A stretch of 36,148 bases of DNA, taken from positions 1 through 36,148 of the forward strand of contig JALMLS010000113.1 in the NCBI GenBank assembly GCA_038496445.1. The letters run 5' to 3'. The notes beneath the pieces are model-generated. The model worked only from the letters and a program-made list of their open reading frames with translations. It had not been told where the DNA came from and did not search any database. The number at the start of each line of letters is the position of its first letter. The first letter of the stretch is position 1. Position numbers and translations under genes: made by a program. Shown piece after piece: positions 23,492 through 35,500 of the stretch. The DNA comes from Trichosphaerium sp. ATCC 40318 (Eukaryota; Protista; Tubulinea).

Positions 23492-24091
23492 ACCAAAAAA
23501 AAAAACTAAAAAGGAAAAAGGGTTTTGCAAACAGACGTTGTTTGAAAGACAGTAGTAAAACCCGTTTGATAATCTTGTAATTGCTGTGGGATACGTTTTA
23601 CGCTTCGTTACCATAAATTAAGCAGTTTTTTTTATTTTCGTCGTAAACACTCGCAAGTGCTTGCTGACACTGGACTGACGCACTTGGCGTGCAAGCAGCC
23701 TGTTATAAATAAAATCGTTGTTGTAAATGCGGATTTGGAGTTTCTTAATAAGTGACTAGCACTGACAGTAGTGGAGCGAGCAGTTCTACAAGATCTGTAC
23801 GGAAAATAACCGCATACGAAAACTCAACGCGAATCATCCAGATACACATACTACAAACCGCAGCCAAGAACCCAAGACTAAATGTACTCGCGTATTTCAA
23901 TACGCTTTTAACTCTACAACGCAGTAACGTTGCTTTTCTCACATTTACTGCGTTTCCCTTTAGTGTAATGGTCATTGGTGTTGCCGGTGGTGCGTACAAC
24001 TAATTTCGGGATTATCGGGTTGCATGAGCTAAAATACGTTTATTATTATTTTACAATAGGAGTGCTGTAATCTCAGCGAATGATTCTTGTT

Positions 24092-25519
24092 TTACTTACT
24101 CAGATACAGCTTTAGCGAGTTACGAGAATACCACTTTTTCCCACTCTGCTTTACTCCATTTTTCATCATGTAAGTCTCTTTAGGCTCGCCAGAAAGTGTC
24201 CACTCTCTATGTATTCCGTCTTCCTTATCATTCTTCATAGTACACATCATCTTCATTTGGCCGTTACTGTACCATTCAAGGTACTCTCCTTCTTTCTTAC
24301 CGCCTTTCATTTTCTTCAGAACGGCTAACTGACCATCAGAAAACCACGTTTTGTGTTCACCTTCTTCCTTCCCATCGACCATTGTACATTGAATACAATC
24401 CATACCGTTATCATGCCACTCCTTATAAGCGCCATGGGCTTTACCTTCTTTCATGACTGTAATTGACTTTTTAGCTCCGTTTGGAAAAAATCTGAAACAC
24501 TCTCCATGTTCGAGTCCATTTTTCATCTCTTTCGTCAAAGCTAGCTGACCATTTTTATGCCATTCTTTGTACAGACCTTCTTTTACGCCTTTTTTCTTGT
24601 AATAAGAAACAGTTGACACACCACGATCATCATATTTCATAAACAAACCATCTTCTTCATCATCAACCATATTACATTCAATAAAAAGTGTTCCATTCTT
24701 ATGCCATTCTCTCCATTTTCCTTGAGCTTTACCATCCTTCATAGTACATTGAAGTCTTATTTGGTTATTATCATGCCAAGATATATACTCTCCATCCTCT
24801 CTACCATTATTAACAATCCTGTGAACTTTTGGGTTTCCGTTTTTATACCAAGTTTTATGTTCTCCTTTTATTCTTCCTTTCTTCATTTGTTTTAATGTTT
24901 TTATCAATCCGTTTCCATAAAACTGTTTTGACTCACCTTCCTCTTTACCTTCCGTCATAAAATACGTTGCCTTTGGAAAACCATTCTCATAGTACTCTTT
25001 ACAAGCACCTTCCTTTTCTCCATTGTTCATGGTACACTCTGAAGAGATCTGACCATTCTCATACCACTCCTTACACTCGCCATGTCTCCTTCCACCTTTC
25101 ATGTTGATGCTGTACTGTAATTTACCACTCCTATACCAGCGCTTTTTCTCGCCGTCTTTCAGGCCAAAATCCTTTGTACACTCTTTTTTCAATACACCAG
25201 TATCGTACCACTCTGAAACTTTTCCGTCGTACTGACCGCATTTTTTCCATCCGGTAAAAGATAACTGTCCGTTCACGTGCCAGTGTTTACATAGTCCATT
25301 TTCACGTTCGCTTTTTGCGATTTGGCCGTTTGGAAACCAAGATAGCCATAATCCTGTACGGTTCAGACGTTCATCAAAGTGAGTGCGTAAAGCAGCCTTT
25401 TTTGAGAGGGTATGAAGCTTTTTAAAAGATTCAGCGTTGTATTGCGAAATTTCGCGTAGAATGTCGCTTGGTAGGTCGCATACGGTTAAAGAAAAACTTG
25501 TATGATTTTCGTTGTTCAT
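24092..25519 (-). CDS. Intronless F-box-like + MORN-variant (YwqK-like) repeat protein, 475 aa
   Basis: First ATG is at 25519. VCDLPSDILREISQY is F-box-like, followed by many tandem 24-aa repeats of the type G.KEG...EWY.NGQ. Confidence 0.9.
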   Translation of the reverse strand: MNNENHTSFSLTVCDLPSDILREISQYNAESFKKLHTLSKKAALRTHFDERLNRTGLWLSWFPNGQIAKSERENGLCKHWHVNGQLSFTGWKKCGQYDGKVSEWYDTGVLKKECTKDFGLKDGEKKRWYRSGKLQYSINMKGGRRHGECKEWYENGQISSECTMNNGEKEGACKEYYENGFPKATYFMTEGKEEGESKQFYGNGLIKTLKQMKKGRIKGEHKTWYKNGNPKVHRIVNNGREDGEYISWHDNNQIRLQCTMKDGKAQGKWREWHKNGTLFIECNMVDDEEDGLFMKYDDRGVSTVSYYKKKGVKEGLYKEWHKNGQLALTKEMKNGLEHGECFRFFPNGAKKSITVMKEGKAHGAYKEWHDNGMDCIQCTMVDGKEEGEHKTWFSDGQLAVLKKMKGGKKEGEYLEWYSNGQMKMMCTMKNDKEDGIHREWTLSGEPKETYMMKNGVKQSGKKWYSRNSLKLYLSK

Positions 25520-25746
25520 TTCGCTGTTATTTTTGGTTATAAGCTCACGTGTCTTAAAACAAAACAACTTTTGGATATTCACCAAATTGTAAATTATAGT
25601 TATGGTAGTCAAATGGAAGATAGTAGCTATGATTGATATGGATTCAGCGTCAAGGAACCATAAATCATATTTAAGACCGTCTGTAAAAGCGGTCTTTTTT
25701 GTGCTCAAATAGTTCTCTGTTGCTCATTTTTGGTGTAAGTACGCAC

Positions 25747-25813
25747 AAAAGTGAGTGAGGATACATCAACCGTGCGGTCGAGAGCCATGCGCTCAACCAA
25801 CTGAGTTAGAAGC
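25747..25813 (-). repeat. tRNA-Lys-derived 67-nt element (pseudogene or SINE-like), left copy
   Basis: 34/42 identity to the tRNA-Lys D and anticodon arms, degenerate T-arm, no acceptor stem, ends in TTTT. 59/67 identical to the copy at 28437-28503. Confidence 0.85.
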
Positions 25814-26033
25814 AAAAAAGTACAAGCAATAAGAAATGTTGGCTCAACTTTTGAGCTTTCATTGGTTTGTGGTTCATTGTTTATTTGCCCATGAGAGATC
25901 AGTTGGAGTGCTTAAGCTCTTGTTTACTGTTGATGTTGGTGAAGTACTTGCGGCTGGAAGCCGTGCACTTTTCACAAAATGTGAGATGTACACTTAGTTT
26001 CTTTTTAGTTAACGGTTGCTTGTCACGTGACAC

Positions 26034-28108
26034 ATGATTGTAGCAACGGCATTTGCACTAGTCATTGCAATTTTTATTGTAGTGTTCTTACGCGTGTATG
26101 GTAGTAAGCTAAAGGGCTATCTAAAAGTTATGTTTGCCTATACTGGGATACCAAGACAGCCAGACGCGGAAACGTTCCCTTGGAAGTTTGGCTATAGTCC
26201 TAAAGCGTACGAAATAGTTTAAACGATAAAATAACGACAAAAGTTCATTAATAGAGGTGTAGGCCTGTTAAGCGTATTACTGAGTGGCCAACAACCACAG
26301 ATGGTAAAATCCACAAATTGGCAGTTCTGTCTCTTAACCCTTTACACGGTTCTTCGTTTATTGGCGTTAGCGACAGTAACACTATTAAGCAGCTTATAAG
26401 AGATAACATACCAAAAAATATGATAAACTACGAAACAGTGCGTTCATCTTTATTGAAAAAATCGTTCTACCTCCGTATCTGTTTTGTCACGTGCGGAATT
26501 ACAAATATTCCGGTCTTTTAAAGAAAAAGTATTTCTTGAGCTAAGCATTTAGCTGTACTACAGGCAATCGAACGGAGAAAACGTCATGAACAAAGAAATT
26601 GTTGCAGTAGATTGTTTTTTATTTTTTTCTCGAAAAATTGGCTTTTAATGTTGTGTTTAGATTGGTGAAATATTTGGAGATGGCCTTGTATCTATGCAAA
26701 CAGGCGATATCTGGAAAACACGTAGAAGACTGTTAACGCCTGCCTTTCATTTTCAGTCATTAAAAGCGATGATTCCTATGATTTCAGAGATATCAAAAAA
26801 GGGTTTAGATGACCTTGAAAAGAAGATAAAAGATAAGCCAAACGGAAAATATGATACTCCATCAAAGAAAGAAACACCTTTCATAACAATGCGTATCATA
26901 ATTGCTGTGATATTTGGTGGCGATTTTGATCACGTGTGGTTTGCTAATCACTTTCGTAAACTGATTGAAGCGATTCGTACACATTTTCTCTATAAGTTTG
27001 CCTTCGCTGGGCTCTATGAATACAAGTACGAGAACCTGATTTCTCTTCAAAGTTACTCCAAGTACAAGCCTACTGATTGTCGTTTAGACTGTTTAAACAA
27101 CTCAAAGCTGAACTTCTTGATAAGTTACATGCTGCTATAGATGACAGACGTAAGCGTATTAAGGAAGGAAACCCTTGTGATGACTTGATAACTCTGATGT
27201 TGTTGGCACAGCCTGATAATCCAGATATTCTTACAGATGCTACAATAGCGAATGAAGCTCTGCTATTCTTCTTTGCAGGGCATGATACAGTATGTAATTA
27301 AGCGGAATTGGTTTGTTATTAAAATACAGTTTTAGACATCTGTTACACTTGCTTGGGCACTGTACGTGATGTCAAGATATCCAGAAGTTCAAGAAAAACT
27401 AAGACAAGAGGCGAACGATCTGCTAAGTACATACAATTCCAGTAATAACAATGAACTAAATGAACGACTAAGGTGACGGTGAAACAATATCAACAAAGCA
27501 ACAACTTCATGAGTTCAAGTACACCAAAGCATTCATCAAGTACGTTCTCTTTAAAAACAACTAGAATCTAATTAAATCCAAAGGGAGACTCTAAGAATGT
27601 ATCCACCTGTTCCTGAGATACCACGTGCTCTAGCAAAAGATACAACGTTTGATGATATAACACTAAAAGCAGGTCAACCTGTAATGCTCAATTTTTTTTT
27701 TGTGATGCGTGACCCAGAACTATGGTATGTGTAACACTCTAAGATAGGTATTAAGCCATTTTGTAGGAAAAAGCCAAATACTTTTAATCCAGATAGATTC
27801 TTGTCTGTGGTAACGAACCCTTTTTCTTGGATCCCTTTCAGTGCTGGTCCAAGAAACTGTATTGGTCAGAACCTTGCAATGACAGAGCTCATTATCGTGA
27901 TTAGCAGTATTGTGAGGCGTTTTAAAATCACAAAGCCACCAGGTAAGCGTTCAATGTGAACTTAGAAATAAGGTTAGTTGTATTGTCTTTGATGATTTTA
28001 TTTGTAGACCAGAATGAAGATCCATCTGATATTAGGGCCACGTATCATGGAGGGTTTCTTAATGAGCCAAATCCAGATCTCACAATAATATTAGAATCTC
28101 TCAAATAA
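26034..28108 (+). CDS. Cytochrome P450 (CYP4-clan-like), multi-exon
   Basis: N-terminal membrane anchor, WKTRRRLLTPAFHF, I-helix FFFAGHDT, ETLR, PDRF and the heme motif PFSAGPRNCIG. Stop at 28106-28108. Confidence 0.95.
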
Positions 28109-28281
28109 CAAACAGTGTAATACTATTCATAGAAACTAATGTTCTTCAAAAATGAGGTAAAAATATACGCTAATTCTTAGCGTAGCTTTGTGTTACTGGG
28201 TAGCAACCGTTGGGTTTCAATGTCAATGGTTTTCGCCGGAAAGAGTTCAAAATTTTGATAAAACTATGTCGTGTACACAAA

Positions 28282-28536
28282 GGAATTGACCCAGATTATC
28301 AAGAAAAAGATGATCGCTAATCCCATTTTTCAGTCCGTCGTTAACATAAATACAAGCAAAGATGTGATTATCGAAATCTCGGCGTACTACTTTAACTCAT
28401 TTTAGAGAGGTGCGGGAACTTAAATTAATTTTATTTGCTTCAAGCTCAGTTGGTTGAGCGCATGGCTCTCAACTGTGCAGTTGATGTATCCACACTCACT
28501 TTTGGAATTGACCCTGATTATCGACAAAAAAGATGA
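28282..28536 (+). repeat. ~32-bp imperfect direct repeat (28282-28313 and 28504-28536)
   Basis: GGAATTGACCCAGATTATCAAG-AAAAAGATGA versus GGAATTGACCCTGATTATCGACAAAAAAGATGA. Confidence 0.85.
28437..28503 (+). repeat. tRNA-Lys-derived 67-nt element, right copy
   Basis: AGCTCAGTTGGTTGAGCGCATGGCTCTCAACTGTGCAGTTGA matches tRNA-Lys at 34/42. The anticodon position reads CTC. Ends in TTTT. Confidence 0.85.
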
Positions 28537-28701
28537 AATTAGAATGAAATTTCACGTAAATCTCTATTATTACTACTCACATAAGGTTGGAAAATATATC
28601 TAAATACCCAGGGCGACTTTTTTTTCCGGACAAAAAGAGATGATTTTCAGCATCCTTAATTTTTACTTCAAGCACCACGTGGTACAAATAAAACAGCTTA
28701 A

Positions 28702-29468
28702 TCACAATTTTGTCTCGTTTTTTACATGCTCATTTACAATATATTCCAATCCCATACGTTTGTCTTCATCATCAGTATCGACTTCCATTGACTCATCAAA
28801 CCCTAATACTTCATTTGATATTGCCTCTTCTCTATTCAATGGCGGTACATTAGGCACCAGTTTGGTAGTTTTCTGTATCATTCTGTATGATGGAAGAGAT
28901 TTAGCTCTCCGGACAGTATTTTGTTGAGCATTTTGGTATTGTTCGTTATGAGAAAGGAAAACGTCTTTGTTTTTTTTTAAGTGGTAAAGTGATTTCAGTG
29001 GTGCTTCTGTTGCTGCCTGTAACAAGAGACTTTTGATGATGTATTCGTCCATGTGGATTACCAGCAAGAGATAGATTAGGTTCAAAAGTTTTACAATCTC
29101 TGTACATCCCAAGAAAAGCATCGATTTCAACAAGACGATTCTGTCGTTTTTCGCTACCTAAAAAAAAAAATCTTGTAAGAATATTCTGATTTGTACGTTT
29201 TCTATTCTTATAGCTACCTTCTTTTTCATTGTTTGGTATCCATACTGAAGCTACCGGTACATCATCTAATGGTTTTTGAAGATTATTGTCTGTAACCTGA
29301 ACACGTGTTTTTAGGAATTCGTATGAGCATACATCAGTTTTTGGAAGTTTTTGTAAATTTGGGTTTTACCTTTTTATCTAGTTTGAAGTGGCCAAGCAAC
29401 CTAGTCATCGAATTACATCTCCTACGCTTTCTAGCATTATGATTTTGCTCGTTCTTGGATGGTTCCAT
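28702..29468 (-). CDS. Hypothetical protein (multi-exon, possible frame break in an A-run near 28970-28978)
   Basis: MEPSKNEQNHNARKRRRCNS... spliced through GT-AG introns towards ORF 28702-29133. Basic NLS-like stretch, no recognised domain. Confidence 0.45.
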
Positions 29469-30818
29469 TAGAGGCGTTGCTCGGATAAAATTTTTTACCT
29501 ATATTACGTCATTCTGAAGAAATCACATGTTAAGATCGGTTTACCCTATCAAAACTCCTTGAGAAATTTAGAGATTTTTTACAGTTACTAATCCTCCTTT
29601 ACGGAAGTTTAAACCGATTACTGGTGCAAGTGTGATCTTTTTACTTTTTGAGTTGAGGTTTGCAGGTTGTGTTGGCAAGGGGTCAATGATAGGAGTATTC
29701 GGAGGCTGCAAAAAGGTATTTTTTAAGATACCAGAATACTGTTGTGATAATTCACCATCAGTAATTCTTAGAGCAAAGGCGATATTGTACGCAGCTTTTG
29801 TATTTTGCACCAAATAGAAGGGGTGCGCTTGTGCACGTTAAAATAAAAAGATATGGCAGGTTTTTTAGTTTGCGGCACATTTAGTTCACCCGGATGTCAT
29901 TATATGAGCGGAAGAATAATACCTCCGCTGGAATTGCAAATCTTTTAGGTAATTTCAGGTATAGCATATAAGTCAATGCTATGGCAATTACGTTATACTA
30001 AATGCACAAGAAACAGACTAAATGCAACAAAAGTTGTTTTTACTACATTGTCAGCACGTGTTCATTCATTTTATCCTTTGGCTCGTGAATTACACTTGAG
30101 ATATCTAAGAACGAACCAAAACTCCGCCCCACGTGCATGATATGACGTACTTACTCTAGTAAACCAAAACGTTACGTAAGTTTTCAAGAATTTGAAACAA
30201 ACCAACTTTGTTGTTTTAAAAAGCCGCAGGAAGTCCATTAAATCCGTTATGTGAAAGAGACAGCTCAATTGTTGCAGAGTGGGTCTCAAAGTTATGAATA
30301 TCCCACAACAGAGGTGCCGAAACCTTAGTTGGGATGATCCCTACAACCAACAGCTTCCAGCCAAGGAAAAAGCTCCAGACAAGTGTAAAGTTTGCCGCAA
30401 ATCGATGGTAGTACCGTGTAATCGCGTGTGGTACTAATTAAAATAGGTATCGTTTCATAAATCAAGTACACAGTATAGATGGCATTATAAATGTGAGGAT
30501 AGCGTATGTAAATACCGGGAGACACTTATTTCGCCTTCTGCCTTTATGCGAAAAATAAAAGGGACATGCGCCTTTAAAGGCAAGTTCCACTACATGGCTG
30601 GCACGGCAGATACAGTACGTTATCTTTACCTGCTTTTTTACGCCTTACAAGTTTATTTCAGATGAACTGTAAGAAATGTTCATACACCGAGTCGTATTAA
30701 ACAACTTAACGCGTTGTCTGTACTAATATGTAATAAAACCAATTTGCCATTTTAGTAAACTGGTTTTTGTTTAAGTACCACAGTGACGCGTGAGCCAATA
30801 CACAACATCACTCGTGAG

Positions 30819-32222
30819 ATGGCTAGTACTCAAACTACCCTACAGGCAAAGCTTGATAGGCTCAAAGACGCAACTGCAAAGTTAGGTACATAGCGATATG
30901 TTTATTGTTTCCCCACGCACAACGGTGTTATTAAGGAGTTATAACGCTATGATAGCGCAAAATGTACCAAATGATCCAAACAGCGCATTTATATTCGCTG
31001 CGCTCAAAGGAGAGCTTAATACAATAAATGAACTCCTAAAAGACGTTAACACAAATGTCAACGCAAAAGATGAAGAGTCAATGACAGCGCTTCATTGGGC
31101 AGCTGCTTATAACGAGCCAAGGGTTGTAGACGCTTTGCTGAATGACAAACGTGTTGATCCTAATGTGCCTAACAAAAGGCAAAATACGCCATTACATCAA
31201 GCTGCGATGTACGGTAAGTAATCAACCCAATTCTTTTAGTCGTTTTAATGACATGTTGTCAAAACAAGGTTCTGCGTTGTCAGCTGAGCGTCTACTAAAG
31301 GATTCACGCGTGAAGATAGATGCATGCAACGAATGGGGTGAAACTCCGCTTTTTCTGGTACGAGCGCCAAAAATGGTAGCAACGTCTAACATAACTCTAG
31401 GCTGCAAACGGTGCTAACAAAGAGGTTTGTGACCTAAACCCTTTAAAAAACCCTGGAACGTTACGCATTCTAAACTGCTCAATAGGTCATGTTGTCTCTT
31501 CTCAAAGGTGGTGCCGACTACAAGATAAAAGATAAATGGAATAGAACACCATCAGAGGCTGCTAAGGAACACGGAGAAACGGAAATAAGCGAAGTAATAA
31601 AATCTTTTATTGCCGGAACCTATGTAGCCAAAGATGAAAGTAAAACTCAGCCGGTACCAAAGAAATCCGGTGTAAAAGGTAGAAGAGAATCTTAAGCAAA
31701 ATGATGGAAGCACCATTAAGTACAGAGAAGTTCTTGGGGTGGCTCAAAGAAGATGACATTGATATCTTGGGATGCGATATGTACAAGTGGACGGCACTTC
31801 ATAAACTTGCTTCGTGGAACAAGTCACAATGTATAGAAGCAATGCTAAGCGACCCTCGTGTTGGTGAAGAGAATATTTCAAAGAAAGGTCAAGGAGGTGA
31901 CACTCCTTTACATTGTGCTATTGAGATGCATGCGTCTGCTTCTGTGGATGTTTTACTAAAAGACGAGAGGGTCAAAAAAAATATTAATGCTCTAAATGAT
32001 AAAGGTCTCACTCCTGCTGATGTGGCTGTTAATTCAGGTAATGCTTCAGCGCTGAGTATTTTAAAGGATCTTGGCGCTGTTTGTGGCAGTAGCGGAGGTA
32101 CAGAAAAAGAATCTCACCTTCCTGAGCATTATGGAAAGACTGAGAAGCGCGCTGTCAAGAAATTAAATACAAATAAGTTTGCGGCTCTTGCAAAGGCAAT
32201 GGGTAAACCAGCTCCAAAATAA
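30819..32222 (+). CDS. Ankyrin-repeat protein (multi-exon)
   Basis: MTALHWAA, NTPLHQAA, GETPLFL, WTALHKLA, GDTPLHCA and GLTPADVA repeats. A ~30-nt intron near 31654-31682 joins the last two ORFs in frame (TQP|KRILSKMMEAPL). Confidence 0.9.
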
Positions 32223-32515
32223 ACTATTTCCATTAACAATTGTGTACGCTAGGCTTTAAATACAAGGTTTTTTAGACACCTTGGCTAGCAAAGTTTGTTG
32301 GTACTAGACTTAACCGGTTTTCTAAGACCGCCCTATTTTAAATATTAGCTCTTCTTCAAGAGCTTGAATAGTGATAGCTGCTATCTGGTTGAATCGTGTA
32401 TTTGTAAATAGTTTTGGTCACGTGGGTACATAAGTCAGTTGTTTGACAGCGTTTTGACACTTGTTGATTTAACTTAACAAAAGATTACGGTTTAACCAAC
32501 ATCAGCTGTTACAAT

Positions 32516-35500
32516 ATGGATAAACTTTGCTCAGTACGAACGAAGGATGGCAGACTGCTGGAGATCAAAGAGTGCTCTATTCGTGTAGATATATGGGGTT
32601 TTCTCGCAAAAACAACCGTTCAGGTCTTTTACAACCGTTTTACCAACTTTGTCACCTGAAGAACCTAAATACCTATCTAGATGACTTTTTTTAATCGTGG
32701 AGACACTGAGGAAGAGGCAGAATTGAATTTCCCCTTAAACGAAGGTGAGGATACAAACCAAAAAATTCGCCAAACGAATCCAAACTTTTTCCTCGTTTCT
32801 TCACCTCTTAAGTGAATGAGATTATCAATATGGCTACTCGAATACTGAGAGTTTAATCTAGGTTCTACAGTTTGCGGTTACGCTTTAGATGTAAACGGTG
32901 TCATGGTAGACGGCGTAAGTGGTTGTTTGTTCGAATAAAAAAGTTAGTGTCTTGAAATGCTTACTTTACTACATAGGTTGTAGTCCCTAAAGATCAAACT
33001 AGAGCTGCTTTTGAAACCTCAGAAAGGACTAACAATAATACTTGTGGTATGGTTGAACACGTGCGAGGAAACGTGTACAAAACACGTATCTACCCAGTTC
33101 CTAAAAAGTAAGATAAAACCAAGAAAGCTTAAAACCTGACAACAAAAAAGGGGTTCTCGAGCTGTTAGACTTGTATTCTCTTCGCCTTTGAAGGTCCAAG
33201 AAAAACAAAGACAAGAAAAAGCAACTAAGGAACTTGAGTACAACTTCCCTCTTCAATTTGTTGAAAGGATTCCTTCTTATTCCGTTCTAGCGAATGTGAG
33301 TGCTTACACTATGCATGTTTTACCACTAATTGACTCGTTTAGGTGTCCAGTGACTGTGGCATTAAACCAACTAAGTTTAGTTGTAATGGCAAGCCAGTAA
33401 CCTTCTCGAAAGGTCATCAGGTACATTGTAGTGAACATACAAGATATGTCTGTTCTCTTATTAACGAGCTACAAAGGGTCATTCAGGTCATTTTGAGCAA
33501 AAAGATATATCTGCAAATTGCAGTATAATCATACGTGCTACAACAGATGAACCTCTACTATTGGTTGAAAAAGACAGTAAAACAAGTACTGTTTTTTTTT
33601 CGTTGATGGACATTGTTTCTGAACAAAAAACCAGTAAGCCAAGGTACCGTGAAGATAGTCTGCGTTTACAACGTTAACTGATGCTTTTTTGTAGAATTGG
33701 TTCAGTTGTGAATCACTTGCTTGTTCTTTGGGATGCTTCGCTTAGCCAGCAGAATAGCAAGTGTTTGGAATCATTGAAAAGAATATGTTCGCCACTTGGC
33801 AAAGTGGTTGTCGACATAATACCGTTTCGCAATGAACCAGATGCAATGACTTCGTTTGATGTGTCTCATAGCACTTCCGAAATGGAGAACTTCCTGAACA
33901 ACATTGTATACGATGGAGGTAAGTCACGTGACCTAGTAACGATTCTCACTTAGTATCTAGCCAGCGCTTTCTATAATCTACACGCGAGAGCATTGAACAA
34001 GAGTGGTACAGCCTATAAGGCTTGTCTTCTGTTTACGAACGGATTCGCAACAATAGGTACTGCGTTTGCAAATAAGCGTATTTTAAAGCACAAAAGGTCC
34101 TCTTGAGCTTGGAAGTACCGAGTTACGTGTATTCTCATTCTCTCATGATAAAGAAGTAAATCATGATGGTTTGAGGAAGATATCTAAAGCTTCTGGTGGC
34201 GTATACACCAATTTGAAGGCAAACACAAGATTATGTAGTTTGCACTTATACTAATGTTTGTCTTTAGTCATCTGTGAACTTTTCTTCTCTTGCTGCGTCT
34301 ATTCTCAATGTCCAGAACCAATTTTCTTTGTTGCGTATTGAAAGAGGTGATAATTGCGTTACCGATGTGTACCCCAAGCGAAAAGAGGCTGTCAGTCAAG
34401 ACCAGACTGTCATGGTTGTAGGAAAACTGAGCGCTAGCACCAATCTGAAGCTTTGTACAGCTTATTTGTTTGTACCACTACTAACCCTTCGTAGGCTATG
34501 GCTATACCAGTGAATCCATTGCCCATGAGTTTAAAGTAGATGTCAAGGGAGTGAAACGAGGCAGATTTCTTGGAAGGCTATGGGCTCAAAAGAGAATCTC
34601 AGGTTTGTAACAAATTACTAATGTCTCCAGCTTACATTTTTAGATATCCAAGAAGATGCCAATAATAACGAGCGCCTTGCGAAAGAAATGATAAGTTTAA
34701 GTACTATGTATGGAATCGTTACGCCAAAGACATCTATGCTGGTACTTGAGTCAGTTATGCAATACGTCAAGTACGAAATACCACCTCAAAGATGTTACCC
34801 GGTAAGAAATTTCTTACACGTGCTTAATTTACTTAACTGTTAGATATGAGAGCAACTTATTTTGCAATAATGAACGCCCAAATTAAGGATAAAAAGGATG
34901 AAAAAGAAGAGCGGATTCAGTACGTCTTATCTCTTTGGAATAGAAGAGTCGGTATGTAAAAATACTCAAAGGTTCTTTGTTTATTCACTAAAACATTAGC
35001 TTGGTGGGGTGAGAGTGGTGGAAATGTTTCATTGGCTCAGCACCATTTAGATTACAATATTGAACTAGAGACTAAGCATTCATGCGTTCGTACGTAAATC
35101 TATCAACAAGCCAAACCTTAACACTTCGTTAAACAAGATGATTTTACCAATGTTCCTCAAATCTTGCGTATGCCTGAAGACCAACCTTCAGTGATGGCTG
35201 CAGAAATTAAACAAGATGAATATGATCCTGAATTATTGGTAGCCATGGGTATTAATCAATCAGACATAACAGAAATCTTCAGTGTACAAAAAATATTCTT
35301 CCCCAATAATAACAAATTTCGACAGATGTTTGATAAAGATGGGGATGATGAGCTCACCAAAGGCGATATACATTCTTTAATGAGTGGATTGGGAGAAGCT
35401 CTTAGTTCTGCAGAGGTATGAAAGTACTGATTCTTGAAACAACTAACTTTTAAGGCTGCTGAGCTAGCACAAGGTCTCAATGCCCTTAAAACGAAACATC

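Noticed and set aside
23700-24030. Overlapping ~84-aa ORFs on both strands
   Set aside because: I could not build a consistent gene model or find a motif. A small gene is not excluded.
24092-25519. Bacterial toxin-antitoxin (YwqK) locus or contaminant
   Set aside because: There is no cognate toxin gene, and it is embedded among intron-containing eukaryotic genes.
25673-25700. Hairpin AAGACCG...CGGTCTT followed by a T-run, resembling an intrinsic terminator
   Set aside because: The context is eukaryotic, the stem is only 7 bp, and there is no plus-strand gene upstream.
29568-30620. Several short minus-strand ORFs
   Set aside because: They may be exons of an unrecognised gene, but I could not join them convincingly.
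31650-31705. Apparent stop or frameshift between two ankyrin ORFs
   Set aside because: It is explained by a ~30-nt GT-AG intron that restores the frame.
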